From: an uncultured Haloferula sp.
Lineage (GTDB): Bacteria; Verrucomicrobiota; Verrucomicrobiia; Verrucomicrobiales; Akkermansiaceae
Direction: 5' to 3'
NCBI GenBank assembly: GCA_965652295.1
Contig: CBFGTS010000014.1
Location: 32,001-96,000 of the forward strand
Length of the DNA: 64,000 nucleotides
The notes below the pieces were generated by a model. The model was not told the origin of the DNA. It made no database searches and worked only from the letters and a program-made list of their open reading frames with translations. This document shows, piece by piece, positions 9,924 through 18,979 of the stretch (position 1 is its first letter; the number at the start of each line of letters is the position of its first letter). Both the position numbers and the translations under genes were made by a program.

Positions 9924-10919
9924 ATGAATTCCGCACCTCTCCCCGCTACCGACGACACCACCACGTTTCTCAACGCGATCCGCGAGCGGGTTGCCACCAT
10001 CGTCGTCGGCCAGGACGTGGTGGTCGAGCGGATGCTCATCGCGCTCCTCACCAGCGGCCACCTGCTGCTCGAAGGCATGCCCGGGCTCGCAAAAACCCTG
10101 CTCGTCAACGCCATGGCCCGCGCCATGCATCTCCAGTTCCGGCGCATCCAGTTCACCATCGACCTGCTGCCATCCGATATCCTCGGCTCCGAGATCCTCG
10201 ACGAACGCACCGGCACCTTCCGCACCCATCAGGGCCCGGTTTTCACCAACCTCCTGCTGGCCGACGAAATCAACCGCGCCGCCCCCAAGGTCCAGGGCGC
10301 CCTGCTCGAAGCGATGCAGGAACGCCGGGTGACCATCGGCAACCAGGGCTATCCGCTGCCCGTGCCCTTCCTCGTCATCGCCACCCAGAACCCGATCGAA
10401 CAAAGCGGCACCTTCGAGCTGCCCGAGGCCCAGCTCGACCGCTTCATGCTCTGCCACCGGCTCGGCTATCCCACGCTTGACGACGAAGAGGAGATCCTCC
10501 GCCGCAACCTTAAACTCGGCGTCCGCAAAGAGGGCAAGGGCGCCGTCGCCAAGACCGAGTTCGACATGATCCGCGACGAAGCGATCGGCACCGAGTCCGA
10601 CCTCGTGGCCGCCATGGAGGCCGTCAACGCGGTTCACGTCAGTGACGTCTTCCTGAAGCACGTCGTCGATGTGGTCGATCGCACCCGCAACCATCCCGAA
10701 CTCGAGCTCGGCTGTTCGCCGCGCGCCGGCATTTCCCTGCTGAAAGCCTCCCGCGCCCGCGCCCTGCTGCACGGCCGGGACTACGTGGTGCCCGAGGACC
10801 TGTTCGCCCTGGCGGAGGACGTCATGCTTCACCGCATCCGCCTCACCTACGAGTCCTTGGCCGAAGGAAGAACCGCCGCGCACGTGCTCCAGCGCATCCT
10901 TGAGGAATCCATCTCCTGA
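9924..10919 (+). CDS. moxR: MoxR-family AAA+ ATPase
   Basis: HLLLEGMPGLAKT, RIQFT.DLLPSD, LADEINRA.PKVQ, ATQNPIEQ, LPEAQLDRF, SPRA. Confidence 0.95.
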   Translation: MNSAPLPATDDTTTFLNAIRERVATIVVGQDVVVERMLIALLTSGHLLLEGMPGLAKTLLVNAMARAMHLQFRRIQFTIDLLPSDILGSEILDERTGTFRTHQGPVFTNLLLADEINRAAPKVQGALLEAMQERRVTIGNQGYPLPVPFLVIATQNPIEQSGTFELPEAQLDRFMLCHRLGYPTLDDEEEILRRNLKLGVRKEGKGAVAKTEFDMIRDEAIGTESDLVAAMEAVNAVHVSDVFLKHVVDVVDRTRNHPELELGCSPRAGISLLKASRARALLHGRDYVVPEDLFALAEDVMLHRIRLTYESLAEGRTAAHVLQRILEESIS

Positions 10920-10928
10920 ACCCGGGAC

Positions 10929-11780
10929 ATGCACTCGCACCTCGACGTCCAGCCACTCGACAGCCGCCAGTTCCTGCTGGCGGTCAAGCGGGTCGCCGAC
11001 TCGCTGAGCTACGGCACCGACCGTAGCCCGTTCCTCGGGCAGGGCCTCGAATACGTCCAGAGCCGCCGCTACGAGCCGGGCGATCCGGTGAAATCGATCG
11101 ACTGGCGCGTGACCGCCCGTACCGGCAAGACCCACGTCAAACAACACGAAACACCGCGCCAGATGCCGGTCTGGTTGGCGGTCGACACCTCGGCGTCCAT
11201 GGCGCTCGCCTCCCGCCCGCCGGGGAAATACGGGCTCGCTCTGCAAGTCGCCGGAGGCCTCGCGCTGGCCTCCATCGACCGCATCTCCCCGGTCGGCGTG
11301 CTCGGCATCGGCGGGCGCGACCTGCGCGTCCAGCCCTCGCTTTCCCGCGATGTCCTGCTGCAATGGTTCCACGCCCTGCGCGCCTATCGTTTCGACGAGG
11401 GAACCCATCTCGCCGCGCGTTTGCTCTCGCTCGAGCCATCGCTCCGCCAGCGGGCGCTTCTGGTGGTGCTGAGCGATTTCCACGATCCGGATGCCCTCGC
11501 CGCCATGAAGGTTCTCGCCGCCCGCCACGATGTCATCGCCCTCGTCTTCCGCGACCCCGCCGAGGAAATGCTCCACGGTGCCGGCCTGTTCCGCGCCCGC
11601 GAGGTCGAGTCCGGCCGCGAACTGCTCGCGCATGGCCGTCACCTCCTCTCCACCAGCGAGCGGCTCACCGATGCCTTCAAGCGGGCGTCGATCGATCATT
11701 TCCTGATCCACACCGACCAGCCCTTCCTCGGTGCCCTGCGCCATTTCCTGCGAGCCCGCGGAGTTTTCAAACGACGCTGA
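10929..11780 (+). CDS. DUF58 domain protein
   Basis: GQGLEY..SRRYEPGD...IDWRVTAR, VDTSASM, LSDF; follows moxR. Confidence 0.92.
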   Translation: MHSHLDVQPLDSRQFLLAVKRVADSLSYGTDRSPFLGQGLEYVQSRRYEPGDPVKSIDWRVTARTGKTHVKQHETPRQMPVWLAVDTSASMALASRPPGKYGLALQVAGGLALASIDRISPVGVLGIGGRDLRVQPSLSRDVLLQWFHALRAYRFDEGTHLAARLLSLEPSLRQRALLVVLSDFHDPDALAAMKVLAARHDVIALVFRDPAEEMLHGAGLFRAREVESGRELLAHGRHLLSTSERLTDAFKRASIDHFLIHTDQPFLGALRHFLRARGVFKRR

Positions 11781-11783
11781 CCC

Positions 11784-12545
11784 ATGCGCTTTCTCCTCCT
11801 CTTCCTCCTGCCACTCGTCGCGTTCGCCGCAGAGGAGATTCCGTCGGCGCGCGTCGGGCAGCCGCTCCGTTTGGAAGAGATCTACATTCCCGGCGGCCAG
11901 ATCGTTCCCGCCCCGCGCCACGACCGCGAACCACCCCTGGTCGTCCGCGTCCTCGACGTGCGTCCTGCGGCCGACGGCTTCCGCTACGATTTCGAAATCC
12001 AGGGCCTCGACCCCGGCCGCTACGACCTCGCCGATTTCCTCGATCCAGAGGACGACCGCGTCCTTCCCTCCATCCCCCTCGAAATCACCACCGCTTTGCC
12101 CGAAGGCCCGCCCACGACCTACAACCTCCCCCCCACCCCATTGCCGAAGTTCGGAGGTTACCGTACTTTCCTCGTCGTCGCTGGAATCCTTTGGCTGGCA
12201 GGGCTCCTGGCATTCCTTTTCATCCGCGGGAAAAAGCCCGCCGCGGTTGACCACGAGGCCCTACCCCCGTCCCTGGCGGACCGCTTGCAGCCGCTCGTCG
12301 CCGCCGCCTCCACTGGCGATCTCGACGCCGCAGGCCGCGCCCGACTCGACCGACTGGTCATCGGCTACTGGCGTGAACGCCTGCCCGAAATCGCCGACCT
12401 TCCTCCCTCCCAGGCCCTGGTCGAACTTCGCCGACACGCCGAGGCCGCGCCTCTCCTGCTCGCTCTCGAACGCTGGATCCATTCGCCCGATCCCGCTCCT
12501 CCATCCGACCTCGACAGGTTGCTCTCTCCCTACCGGCGATCATGA
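11784..12545 (+). CDS. Secreted single-TM hypothetical protein of the MoxR/Bat-like operon
   Basis: Signal peptide, beta domain, one TM segment (FLVVAGILWLAGLLAFLFI), helical C-terminus; translationally coupled to the next gene. Confidence 0.75.
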   Translation: MRFLLLFLLPLVAFAAEEIPSARVGQPLRLEEIYIPGGQIVPAPRHDREPPLVVRVLDVRPAADGFRYDFEIQGLDPGRYDLADFLDPEDDRVLPSIPLEITTALPEGPPTTYNLPPTPLPKFGGYRTFLVVAGILWLAGLLAFLFIRGKKPAAVDHEALPPSLADRLQPLVAAASTGDLDAAGRARLDRLVIGYWRERLPEIADLPPSQALVELRRHAEAAPLLLALERWIHSPDPAPPSDLDRLLSPYRRS

Positions 12546-13456
12546 TTTTCGCCCACCCATGGCTCCTCGGATTGCTGATCCTGCCGATCGGGCTGGCCGT
12601 CGTCACCTGGCGGCGCGGGGGCCACCGGGTGCCGCTGCCATTTGACCACGCACCACTGAAACGCCGCCGGCTCCTCACCTTCCTCCTCAACAGCGCCGAC
12701 ACCCTCCCGGCCCTGTTGCTCGCCGTCGCCATCCTCATTCTCGCCGGACCCCGCCGCTTCGAGCAGCCGCGTTCGGAACGCGAAATGACCAACATCCAGT
12801 TCTGCCTCGATGTCTCCGGCTCCATGATGGCGACCTACGGCTCCGCCACCCGCTACGACGCGGCGATGGAATCGATGAACACCTTCATCACCCACCGGCA
12901 GGGCGACGCGTTCGGGCTCACCATCTTCGGCAGCAGCGTGCTCAACTGGGTGCCGCTCACCACCGACGTCTCCGCCTTCCGATGCGCTCCGCCCTTCTTC
13001 CGTCCTGAAAACCTCCCTCCCTGGTTCGGCGGGACCATGATCGGCATGGCGCTCCGCACCGCGGAAAAGGTCCTCACTTCCCGCGACGAAGGCGACCGGC
13101 TGATCGTCCTCATCACCGATGGCGAGAGCTTCGACCTCCAGAACGGTCAGGACATGGCCCTCGCCCAGAGTTTGAAGGACAACCACATCACCGTGTTCGC
13201 CGTCCACATCGCCGAAGGCGCGCCGTCCAGCGCCGTCGGTGCGATCACCATGGTCACCGGCGGGGAAATCTTCAGCGCCGGGGATCCCGCCGCGCTCGAC
13301 GCCGTGTTCGCGCGCATCGATGAAATGAAGAAAGCCCCGCTCAAGCGCGTCACGCCGGACCCGGTCGATTTCTACACCCCCTTCGCCATCGCCGGGCTCG
13401 GACTCGGTGCCCTCCAGCTCATCACCTTCCTCGGTCTCCGCGCCACGCCATGGTAA
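12542..13456 (+). CDS. vWA domain membrane protein (BatA-like)
   Basis: MIFAHPWLL N-terminal TM, LDVSGSM MIDAS, GGT.IG.AL, LITDGE, C-terminal TM. Confidence 0.9.
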   Translation: MIFAHPWLLGLLILPIGLAVVTWRRGGHRVPLPFDHAPLKRRRLLTFLLNSADTLPALLLAVAILILAGPRRFEQPRSEREMTNIQFCLDVSGSMMATYGSATRYDAAMESMNTFITHRQGDAFGLTIFGSSVLNWVPLTTDVSAFRCAPPFFRPENLPPWFGGTMIGMALRTAEKVLTSRDEGDRLIVLITDGESFDLQNGQDMALAQSLKDNHITVFAVHIAEGAPSSAVGAITMVTGGEIFSAGDPAALDAVFARIDEMKKAPLKRVTPDPVDFYTPFAIAGLGLGALQLITFLGLRATPW

Positions 13457-14463
13457 CGCTCGTTCCCACCCTCCTTGCTACGGCGTCCCTCGTACTGATG
13501 GCCGCCGCGGAGCTGCTGCACCTCCGCCGCCTCCGCGCGGTGGCTCCGTTGGTTTTCGGCCCGTCCGGAAAACCCACCCTGCTCGGCCGCCTCGCCGCAC
13601 CCCTCCGGGTGGCCGCGGTCACGGCTCTCGTCTGGGGGCTTGCGACCCTGCTGCTCCTGCCGCCCACCGCGCACCGCTCGACACCCGCGGAGACCGCTCC
13701 GACCGACCGTGAACACCTGCTGATCGTGCTCGACGTCTCCCCCTCCATGCGGCTTCAGGACGCCGGCCCGACGGGTAAGGAAAGCCGCACCGCCCGCGCC
13801 CGCTCGGTGCTCGACTCGGTCTTCGCCCGCGTCGCCCAGGACCGCCTGCACACCACCGTCATCGCCGTCTACAACGGCGCCAAACCCGTCGTCGAGGAAA
13901 CCCGCGACATGGAGGTCATCCACAATCTCCTCAGCGACCTGCCGATGCACTACGCCTTTCCTTCAGGAAAAACCAAGCTCCTCGACGGCCTCGCCACTGC
14001 CGCGGAGATCGCGAAAAAATGGCCCCGCGGATCCGCCACACTGGTGCTGGTGAGCGATGGCGACTCCGTCCCGCCCACCGGAATGTCGAAGATGCCGCCA
14101 TCGGTCGGCGGCGTGCTGGTGATCGGGGTGGGCGACCCTTTGAAAGGCAGCTTTATCGACGGCCGGAACTCCCGCCAGGACGCCGCCACCCTGCGCCAGA
14201 TCGCCACACGGCTCGGCGGCCAGTACCACGACGCCAACCAGAAATTCGTCCCTACCGCCACCCTCACCCGCCTCGGCACGCTCGACACCACCGATCCCGA
14301 CCACCAGCTGGGACGTCGCGAGTGGGCCCTGCTCGCCACATCCATCGGAGCGCTGGTGTTGGCGCTGCTTCCCATCTCCCTGCTCCTCTTCGGCTCCCGC
14401 TTCCACCCCGGCCCGGCCAAGCACCGGTGGCGCCTGCCGCCCGTCTCCCCAGTTAGAACCTGA
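13450..14463 (+). CDS. vWA domain membrane protein (BatB-like)
   Basis: Two N-terminal TMs, LDVSPSM, LVSDGD, IGVGD, C-terminal TM. Confidence 0.88.
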   Translation: MVTLVPTLLATASLVLMAAAELLHLRRLRAVAPLVFGPSGKPTLLGRLAAPLRVAAVTALVWGLATLLLLPPTAHRSTPAETAPTDREHLLIVLDVSPSMRLQDAGPTGKESRTARARSVLDSVFARVAQDRLHTTVIAVYNGAKPVVEETRDMEVIHNLLSDLPMHYAFPSGKTKLLDGLATAAEIAKKWPRGSATLVLVSDGDSVPPTGMSKMPPSVGGVLVIGVGDPLKGSFIDGRNSRQDAATLRQIATRLGGQYHDANQKFVPTATLTRLGTLDTTDPDHQLGRREWALLATSIGALVLALLPISLLLFGSRFHPGPAKHRWRLPPVSPVRT

Positions 14464-14517
14464 CCCTTCACTTCGGATTTTCCACCGCCTGCCAATTCTG
14501 CCAACCTGCCCGTCATC

Positions 14518-15213
14518 ATGAGAATTCTATTCATCGCCCTATGGTGTCTCCTGCCCCTCGGTCTCGTCGCCTTCCACTACGGTCCCGGCCAGGAAAAGAT
14601 GGCACTCGACCTCTCCGGTGCCGCCCTCGACCGCGCCCGTGTCCACCTCGACGCCAGCGCATGGGATGCGGCCATCCCCGAACTTGAGACCGCCCTCGCC
14701 ACCTTACCGAAGGATCATGACTCCGAGGCCAAACGCATCACACTCGAACTTCTCAAGGCCCGCATGATGACCGGCGGGCTTCCCGAAGCCCGGGCAGAAC
14801 TCGAGTCCTTGCTTTCCCAGATCGATGCCGATGCCGATCCCCAACTGCACTCGGACGCACTGGAAGCCCTGGCCACCGCGCGTTTCCACATGACCTATCT
14901 CATGAAGCTCGAAGGCCTGCCCGAGACCGAATGGGGTCCGGAAATCGACGCCGCACGCCAGGAGCAGAAACTCCTGCTGCAACGCGCCGCTTCCTCGACC
15001 GAAGCCGCGCGGCATGCCGACGGACTTGAGGCGGCCATCAAGCTCGCCCGCATGGACCCCGCCGATCTCTATGGAAAGGCGATCCCGAAGCAGTGCCAGG
15101 GCTGTTGCTCGGGCAAATGCAACAAGCCCGGCAAGAAGCCGGCGATGAAGGGAAAGCCCAAGGATGCCCGCGACGCTTCATCGGGGCCGCCGATCGATGG
15201 CGAAGGCTCCTGA
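14518..15213 (+). CDS. Helical/TPR-like hypothetical protein with Cys-rich C-terminus
   Basis: N-terminal hydrophobic anchor, helical repeats, KQCQGCCSGKC motif. Confidence 0.75.
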   Translation: MRILFIALWCLLPLGLVAFHYGPGQEKMALDLSGAALDRARVHLDASAWDAAIPELETALATLPKDHDSEAKRITLELLKARMMTGGLPEARAELESLLSQIDADADPQLHSDALEALATARFHMTYLMKLEGLPETEWGPEIDAARQEQKLLLQRAASSTEAARHADGLEAAIKLARMDPADLYGKAIPKQCQGCCSGKCNKPGKKPAMKGKPKDARDASSGPPIDGEGS

Positions 15214-15240
15214 TTTCCACTCCAACCACTTCTCTCCCAC

Positions 15241-18200
15241 ATGCGCATTCCGATCCTCACCTTGGCGGCGTTTCCGCTTCTCTTCGGCACCCTTCCGGCC
15301 GCCGAACAGATCGACATCAACCAGCTCCGGCAGCTTCTCCAAGGCGACGAGAAAAAGGAGAAAACCCCGGAAGAGATGCGGTCTGAAATGCTGACGCAGC
15401 TTCAGTTCCACCGCTCTGCCACCGGCATCCTGGAAGCACGCCTTCAAGAAGCCCGTGAGAAGTCGGCGGACGCCGAACCGCATGAACTGCAGGGCGAGGA
15501 GAAGATCAAGGCCGAGGTCGCCCAGCTGGCCCGCCACGTGACGCTTTCGCACTGGGACGAGGTGCGCGAATACCTCGCCAACCTGCCGCCGGACGTAGCC
15601 ACCCAGGCCTATCAGGCCATCCTTTCAAAACTCGCCCAGCCGGTTCCCGTCAGCCCCTCCGAGGAACTCAAGACAGGGGGTGCCAAGCCCTACACCCAGA
15701 AGCCCTTCCTCCCGCCGGCCGATTTCCTCGGCCTGCTGGCTGCCGCGCCGAAGGAGCCGGACCAGAAGACCCTCGCTCTGCTGGCCAAGATCCTCCCGAA
15801 ATCGCCGCGACCGCCGGCGTCGTTTTTCCAGGCGATCGAGTCCGGCGTCCCGCACCTGGGAGGAGCAGACCCATCCGACCGCCAGCGCGCCGCCGAGCTT
15901 TATCTCGAAGCCGGACTCACCGAAGAGGCCGGACCGTTTCTGCCCGCAGTCGCGGAAGCCCGGGAGGAGTCCAACCATCACGCCCTGAACCTGATCGCCC
16001 GCCACCACGCCGAGATGTGGCGGAAGGACCGGGAGAAGGCCGACGAAGCTGCCCTGAAGACGGCCTGGGAGATCTCGACTTCCTTCCTTTCCGATGAAAA
16101 AGCCCCGCCGCCCGAACGTGCCGAGGCCCTGTTCCGTGCGCTGTCGTTGATCCCCGAGCTGGAAGGAAAAGCCGGAGAGGACTGGCTGGCCGTCACGTTC
16201 GGCGGCGACTCGAACGAGGGGCTCGAGATCCTCGCCACGCTGGGAACGCTGACCGATCAATCGCGTGAAAATCCCGATGCCGATGAGCGGCTCAACCTGC
16301 TCAAGCTCCAGCACGATTCGGTGGCCACCCTCCTCTCGGCTCCCGGAGTCGAGCCGGAGACATGGGCTCCGATCCTCACCCTTTTCGCACGTCAGTGGGT
16401 TCATGAGGCCGACATCACCCGCCAGAAGGACGAGAGCGAAAGCCGCCGCAGGGTGCCTCAGTACGACGACTATGGTAACGTCTTTTTCGTCCGCCCGACG
16501 GCCCACTACAGCGGCAATGGAACGCGCCCCATCGCGACCGCTTCGATGATTGAGGTCGCCCCGGATGAGGCTTGGCTATCCCACGTCGAGCCGACCGTAC
16601 GGGTCGAAGCGCTGCAACGCGCCGCCCGGCTTTTCCTCAAAGTGAAGGAGGAAGGAAACGCCCTGCCCCTCGTCGCCGAACTCGCCACCACCCATCGCGA
16701 CATGGCCGTCGATCTCGTGCGTGAAACAATCCGCGTCTGGGCCGACAACCACAACCCGAACGACGAGCAGAACTACCGCTCCCAGTATTTCTACTACTAC
16801 GGCTTCAACAACCGCGCGGAATCGATCCCGCTCACCCGCTCGAAGCAGGAGCGGAATCTGGTGGAACTCGCCGCCTTGGTCGAAAACATCCGCGCCTTGG
16901 AGATCGACGAGGATTTCAGCGAGGAACTCGCCGACGCCTTCATTTCCTCCCACAGCCAAGCGGAGGTCTGGCGCGTCGAGGCGATCGAAAGCGTCTTCGG
17001 CAAGAGCGACCAGCTCGGTGCTCCGGTCACCGCCGCCTTGGTCGAGCGCATGCGCCTCAACCTTTGCAAGCTCTGGCCGAACCCGAAACTCCAGCAGGCC
17101 TACAAGACCCAGCGCAAGGACAAGGAACTCCAGGAGCAGATCTTCCACGGCTACGCCGCCGCCATCGAGCTGGTGGAAAAGGCGCTCGCCAGGAAGCCGG
17201 AAGACCCCTGGCGGCTCCAGCTCCAGCTCGCCGCGCTCCAATACGAGGAGAGCAACTACCGCTCCTCCATCCAGCCGAAGAACGACCACGTGCAGATCGT
17301 CCGCGCGTCGCTCGACCAACTCGCCGCCGCCGCTGACGCCTACATCGCCACCCTGCCCCGGCCGCAGAAAGAGGAAAGCACCTCGGTGTTCGAAACCTGG
17401 TTTTTCGCCGCGCTCGGCTCGACCTCCCTCGAATCCCTGAAGGCCCACCATCCGAACCAACCGGGCGAGATCCCCAGGATCAAGGCGGCGCTGGCGAAGG
17501 TGCCGGAGGAATCGCGCGCGCGCCACCTCAAGGCCTTCGCCACCATCCTCAACAACCGTCTGGCCAACGTCTCGCCGGACCTCAAGCTACGCTACCTCGA
17601 CGCCGCCGCGCCGATCGCCGGTGAGGAAGAAACCTTCCGCGACGCCGCCGATGTGCTGGCTTACTACCGCGATCTGGTCACCGAGATCGAACTTTCCGCC
17701 ACGCTCGACGGACCCGACACCGTCGCTGCCGACTCGCCCTTCGGTCTCAAGATCAACCTCCGGCACACCCGCGAAATCGAGCGCGAGGCCGGCGGCTTCC
17801 AGCGCTACCTCCAGAACCAGACCGGTGCGCAGTATGCCTACAACTACGGTCGCCCGCCGGAGGACTACCGCGACAAATTCGAGAAAGCCGCGGTCGCGGC
17901 GCTGTCCGAGACTTTCGAGGTGATTTCCGTGACCTTCCACTCCGACAAGGTCGAGTCGCGCACCGACCCCGAGTTCGGCTGGCGCATGACGCCCTACGCC
18001 TACCTGTTGCTCCAACCGAAGGGCCCGCAGATCGACCGCATTCCCCCCTTGTCGATCGACCTCGATTTCCAGGACACCTCCGGCTACGTCGTCCTGCCCG
18101 TCACCTCGGCGGAAATCCCCATCGATGCCTCCGGCAAAGCAGCCCTGCGGCCGGTCCGCAACCTGCGCCTGACCGAGAACCTCGACACCCGCAGCGAGCA

Positions 18201-18849
18201 GGAAAAAGGCAGCGTCTTCCTCGAAATCCGAGCCACCGGGGAAGGCCTCGTGCCGGATCTCGACCAGCTCGTTTCCCTGCCCGTGAAGGGATTCGAAACC
18301 GGGGCCATCGAGGACCGCAAGCTTCAGGTGAACGAACTCGACGCCAACAGCGACGACCTCGCACCGCTGACCGAGCACGAGTGGCGGATCGAGTTGAAAC
18401 CGACCGGCGGCATCATGCCCGCGAGCTTCCGTTTTCCCGAGCCCAAGGTCGAACTCGCCGCCGAGGACGGCCTGACCCGCCAGCTCTATGACGACGTCGA
18501 CCTCCAACCGGTCGGTGCCGAGGTGCCTCTCGGCGCCCCCGTCCGCCGCATCTGGCCGGCCGTGGTGGCTCTCGCCCTGCTGGTCGCACTCGCGGCCATC
18601 TACTATTTCCGCCGTAAAAAACCGGTCGTCGAGGCGGCACCGGTGCTGCCTCTGCCATCGCAGCTCACGCCGGTCACCCTTCTCGGCTGGCTCGAACGGC
18701 TCAAAACGCAGCCCGGCCTCCCGCCCGAGTTGCGACGCTCGCTGGAAAAGGAAATCCGCGAACTGGAGTCCCGCTATTTCGGCCCCGAGGTCGGGATGCA
18801 GGACCCGGAGCCCCTCGAGGCCATCGCCCGCCGCTGGCAGGCAGCCTGA
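15241..18849 (+). CDS. Large secreted, C-terminally anchored protein (1202 aa; BatD-position)
   Basis: Signal peptide, long alpha-helical region, beta-rich C-terminal region, TM IWPAVVALALLVALAAIYYF followed by RRKK. Confidence 0.8.
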   Translation: MRIPILTLAAFPLLFGTLPAAEQIDINQLRQLLQGDEKKEKTPEEMRSEMLTQLQFHRSATGILEARLQEAREKSADAEPHELQGEEKIKAEVAQLARHVTLSHWDEVREYLANLPPDVATQAYQAILSKLAQPVPVSPSEELKTGGAKPYTQKPFLPPADFLGLLAAAPKEPDQKTLALLAKILPKSPRPPASFFQAIESGVPHLGGADPSDRQRAAELYLEAGLTEEAGPFLPAVAEAREESNHHALNLIARHHAEMWRKDREKADEAALKTAWEISTSFLSDEKAPPPERAEALFRALSLIPELEGKAGEDWLAVTFGGDSNEGLEILATLGTLTDQSRENPDADERLNLLKLQHDSVATLLSAPGVEPETWAPILTLFARQWVHEADITRQKDESESRRRVPQYDDYGNVFFVRPTAHYSGNGTRPIATASMIEVAPDEAWLSHVEPTVRVEALQRAARLFLKVKEEGNALPLVAELATTHRDMAVDLVRETIRVWADNHNPNDEQNYRSQYFYYYGFNNRAESIPLTRSKQERNLVELAALVENIRALEIDEDFSEELADAFISSHSQAEVWRVEAIESVFGKSDQLGAPVTAALVERMRLNLCKLWPNPKLQQAYKTQRKDKELQEQIFHGYAAAIELVEKALARKPEDPWRLQLQLAALQYEESNYRSSIQPKNDHVQIVRASLDQLAAAADAYIATLPRPQKEESTSVFETWFFAALGSTSLESLKAHHPNQPGEIPRIKAALAKVPEESRARHLKAFATILNNRLANVSPDLKLRYLDAAAPIAGEEETFRDAADVLAYYRDLVTEIELSATLDGPDTVAADSPFGLKINLRHTREIEREAGGFQRYLQNQTGAQYAYNYGRPPEDYRDKFEKAAVAALSETFEVISVTFHSDKVESRTDPEFGWRMTPYAYLLLQPKGPQIDRIPPLSIDLDFQDTSGYVVLPVTSAEIPIDASGKAALRPVRNLRLTENLDTRSEQEKGSVFLEIRATGEGLVPDLDQLVSLPVKGFETGAIEDRKLQVNELDANSDDLAPLTEHEWRIELKPTGGIMPASFRFPEPKVELAAEDGLTRQLYDDVDLQPVGAEVPLGAPVRRIWPAVVALALLVALAAIYYFRRKKPVVEAAPVLPLPSQLTPVTLLGWLERLKTQPGLPPELRRSLEKEIRELESRYFGPEVGMQDPEPLEAIARRWQAA

Positions 18850-18979
18850 AGTCTCCTCCCACGACTCCGGCTGGCTGCCGGCCACGGTTTTACGCACGAT
18901 TTGAAGGACTGGAGCCGCTTCCCGGGTTGAGGCCGTCCCCGGCTTGCCAACCCGGTACCCCTGGCCTCATCTTCCCGCC

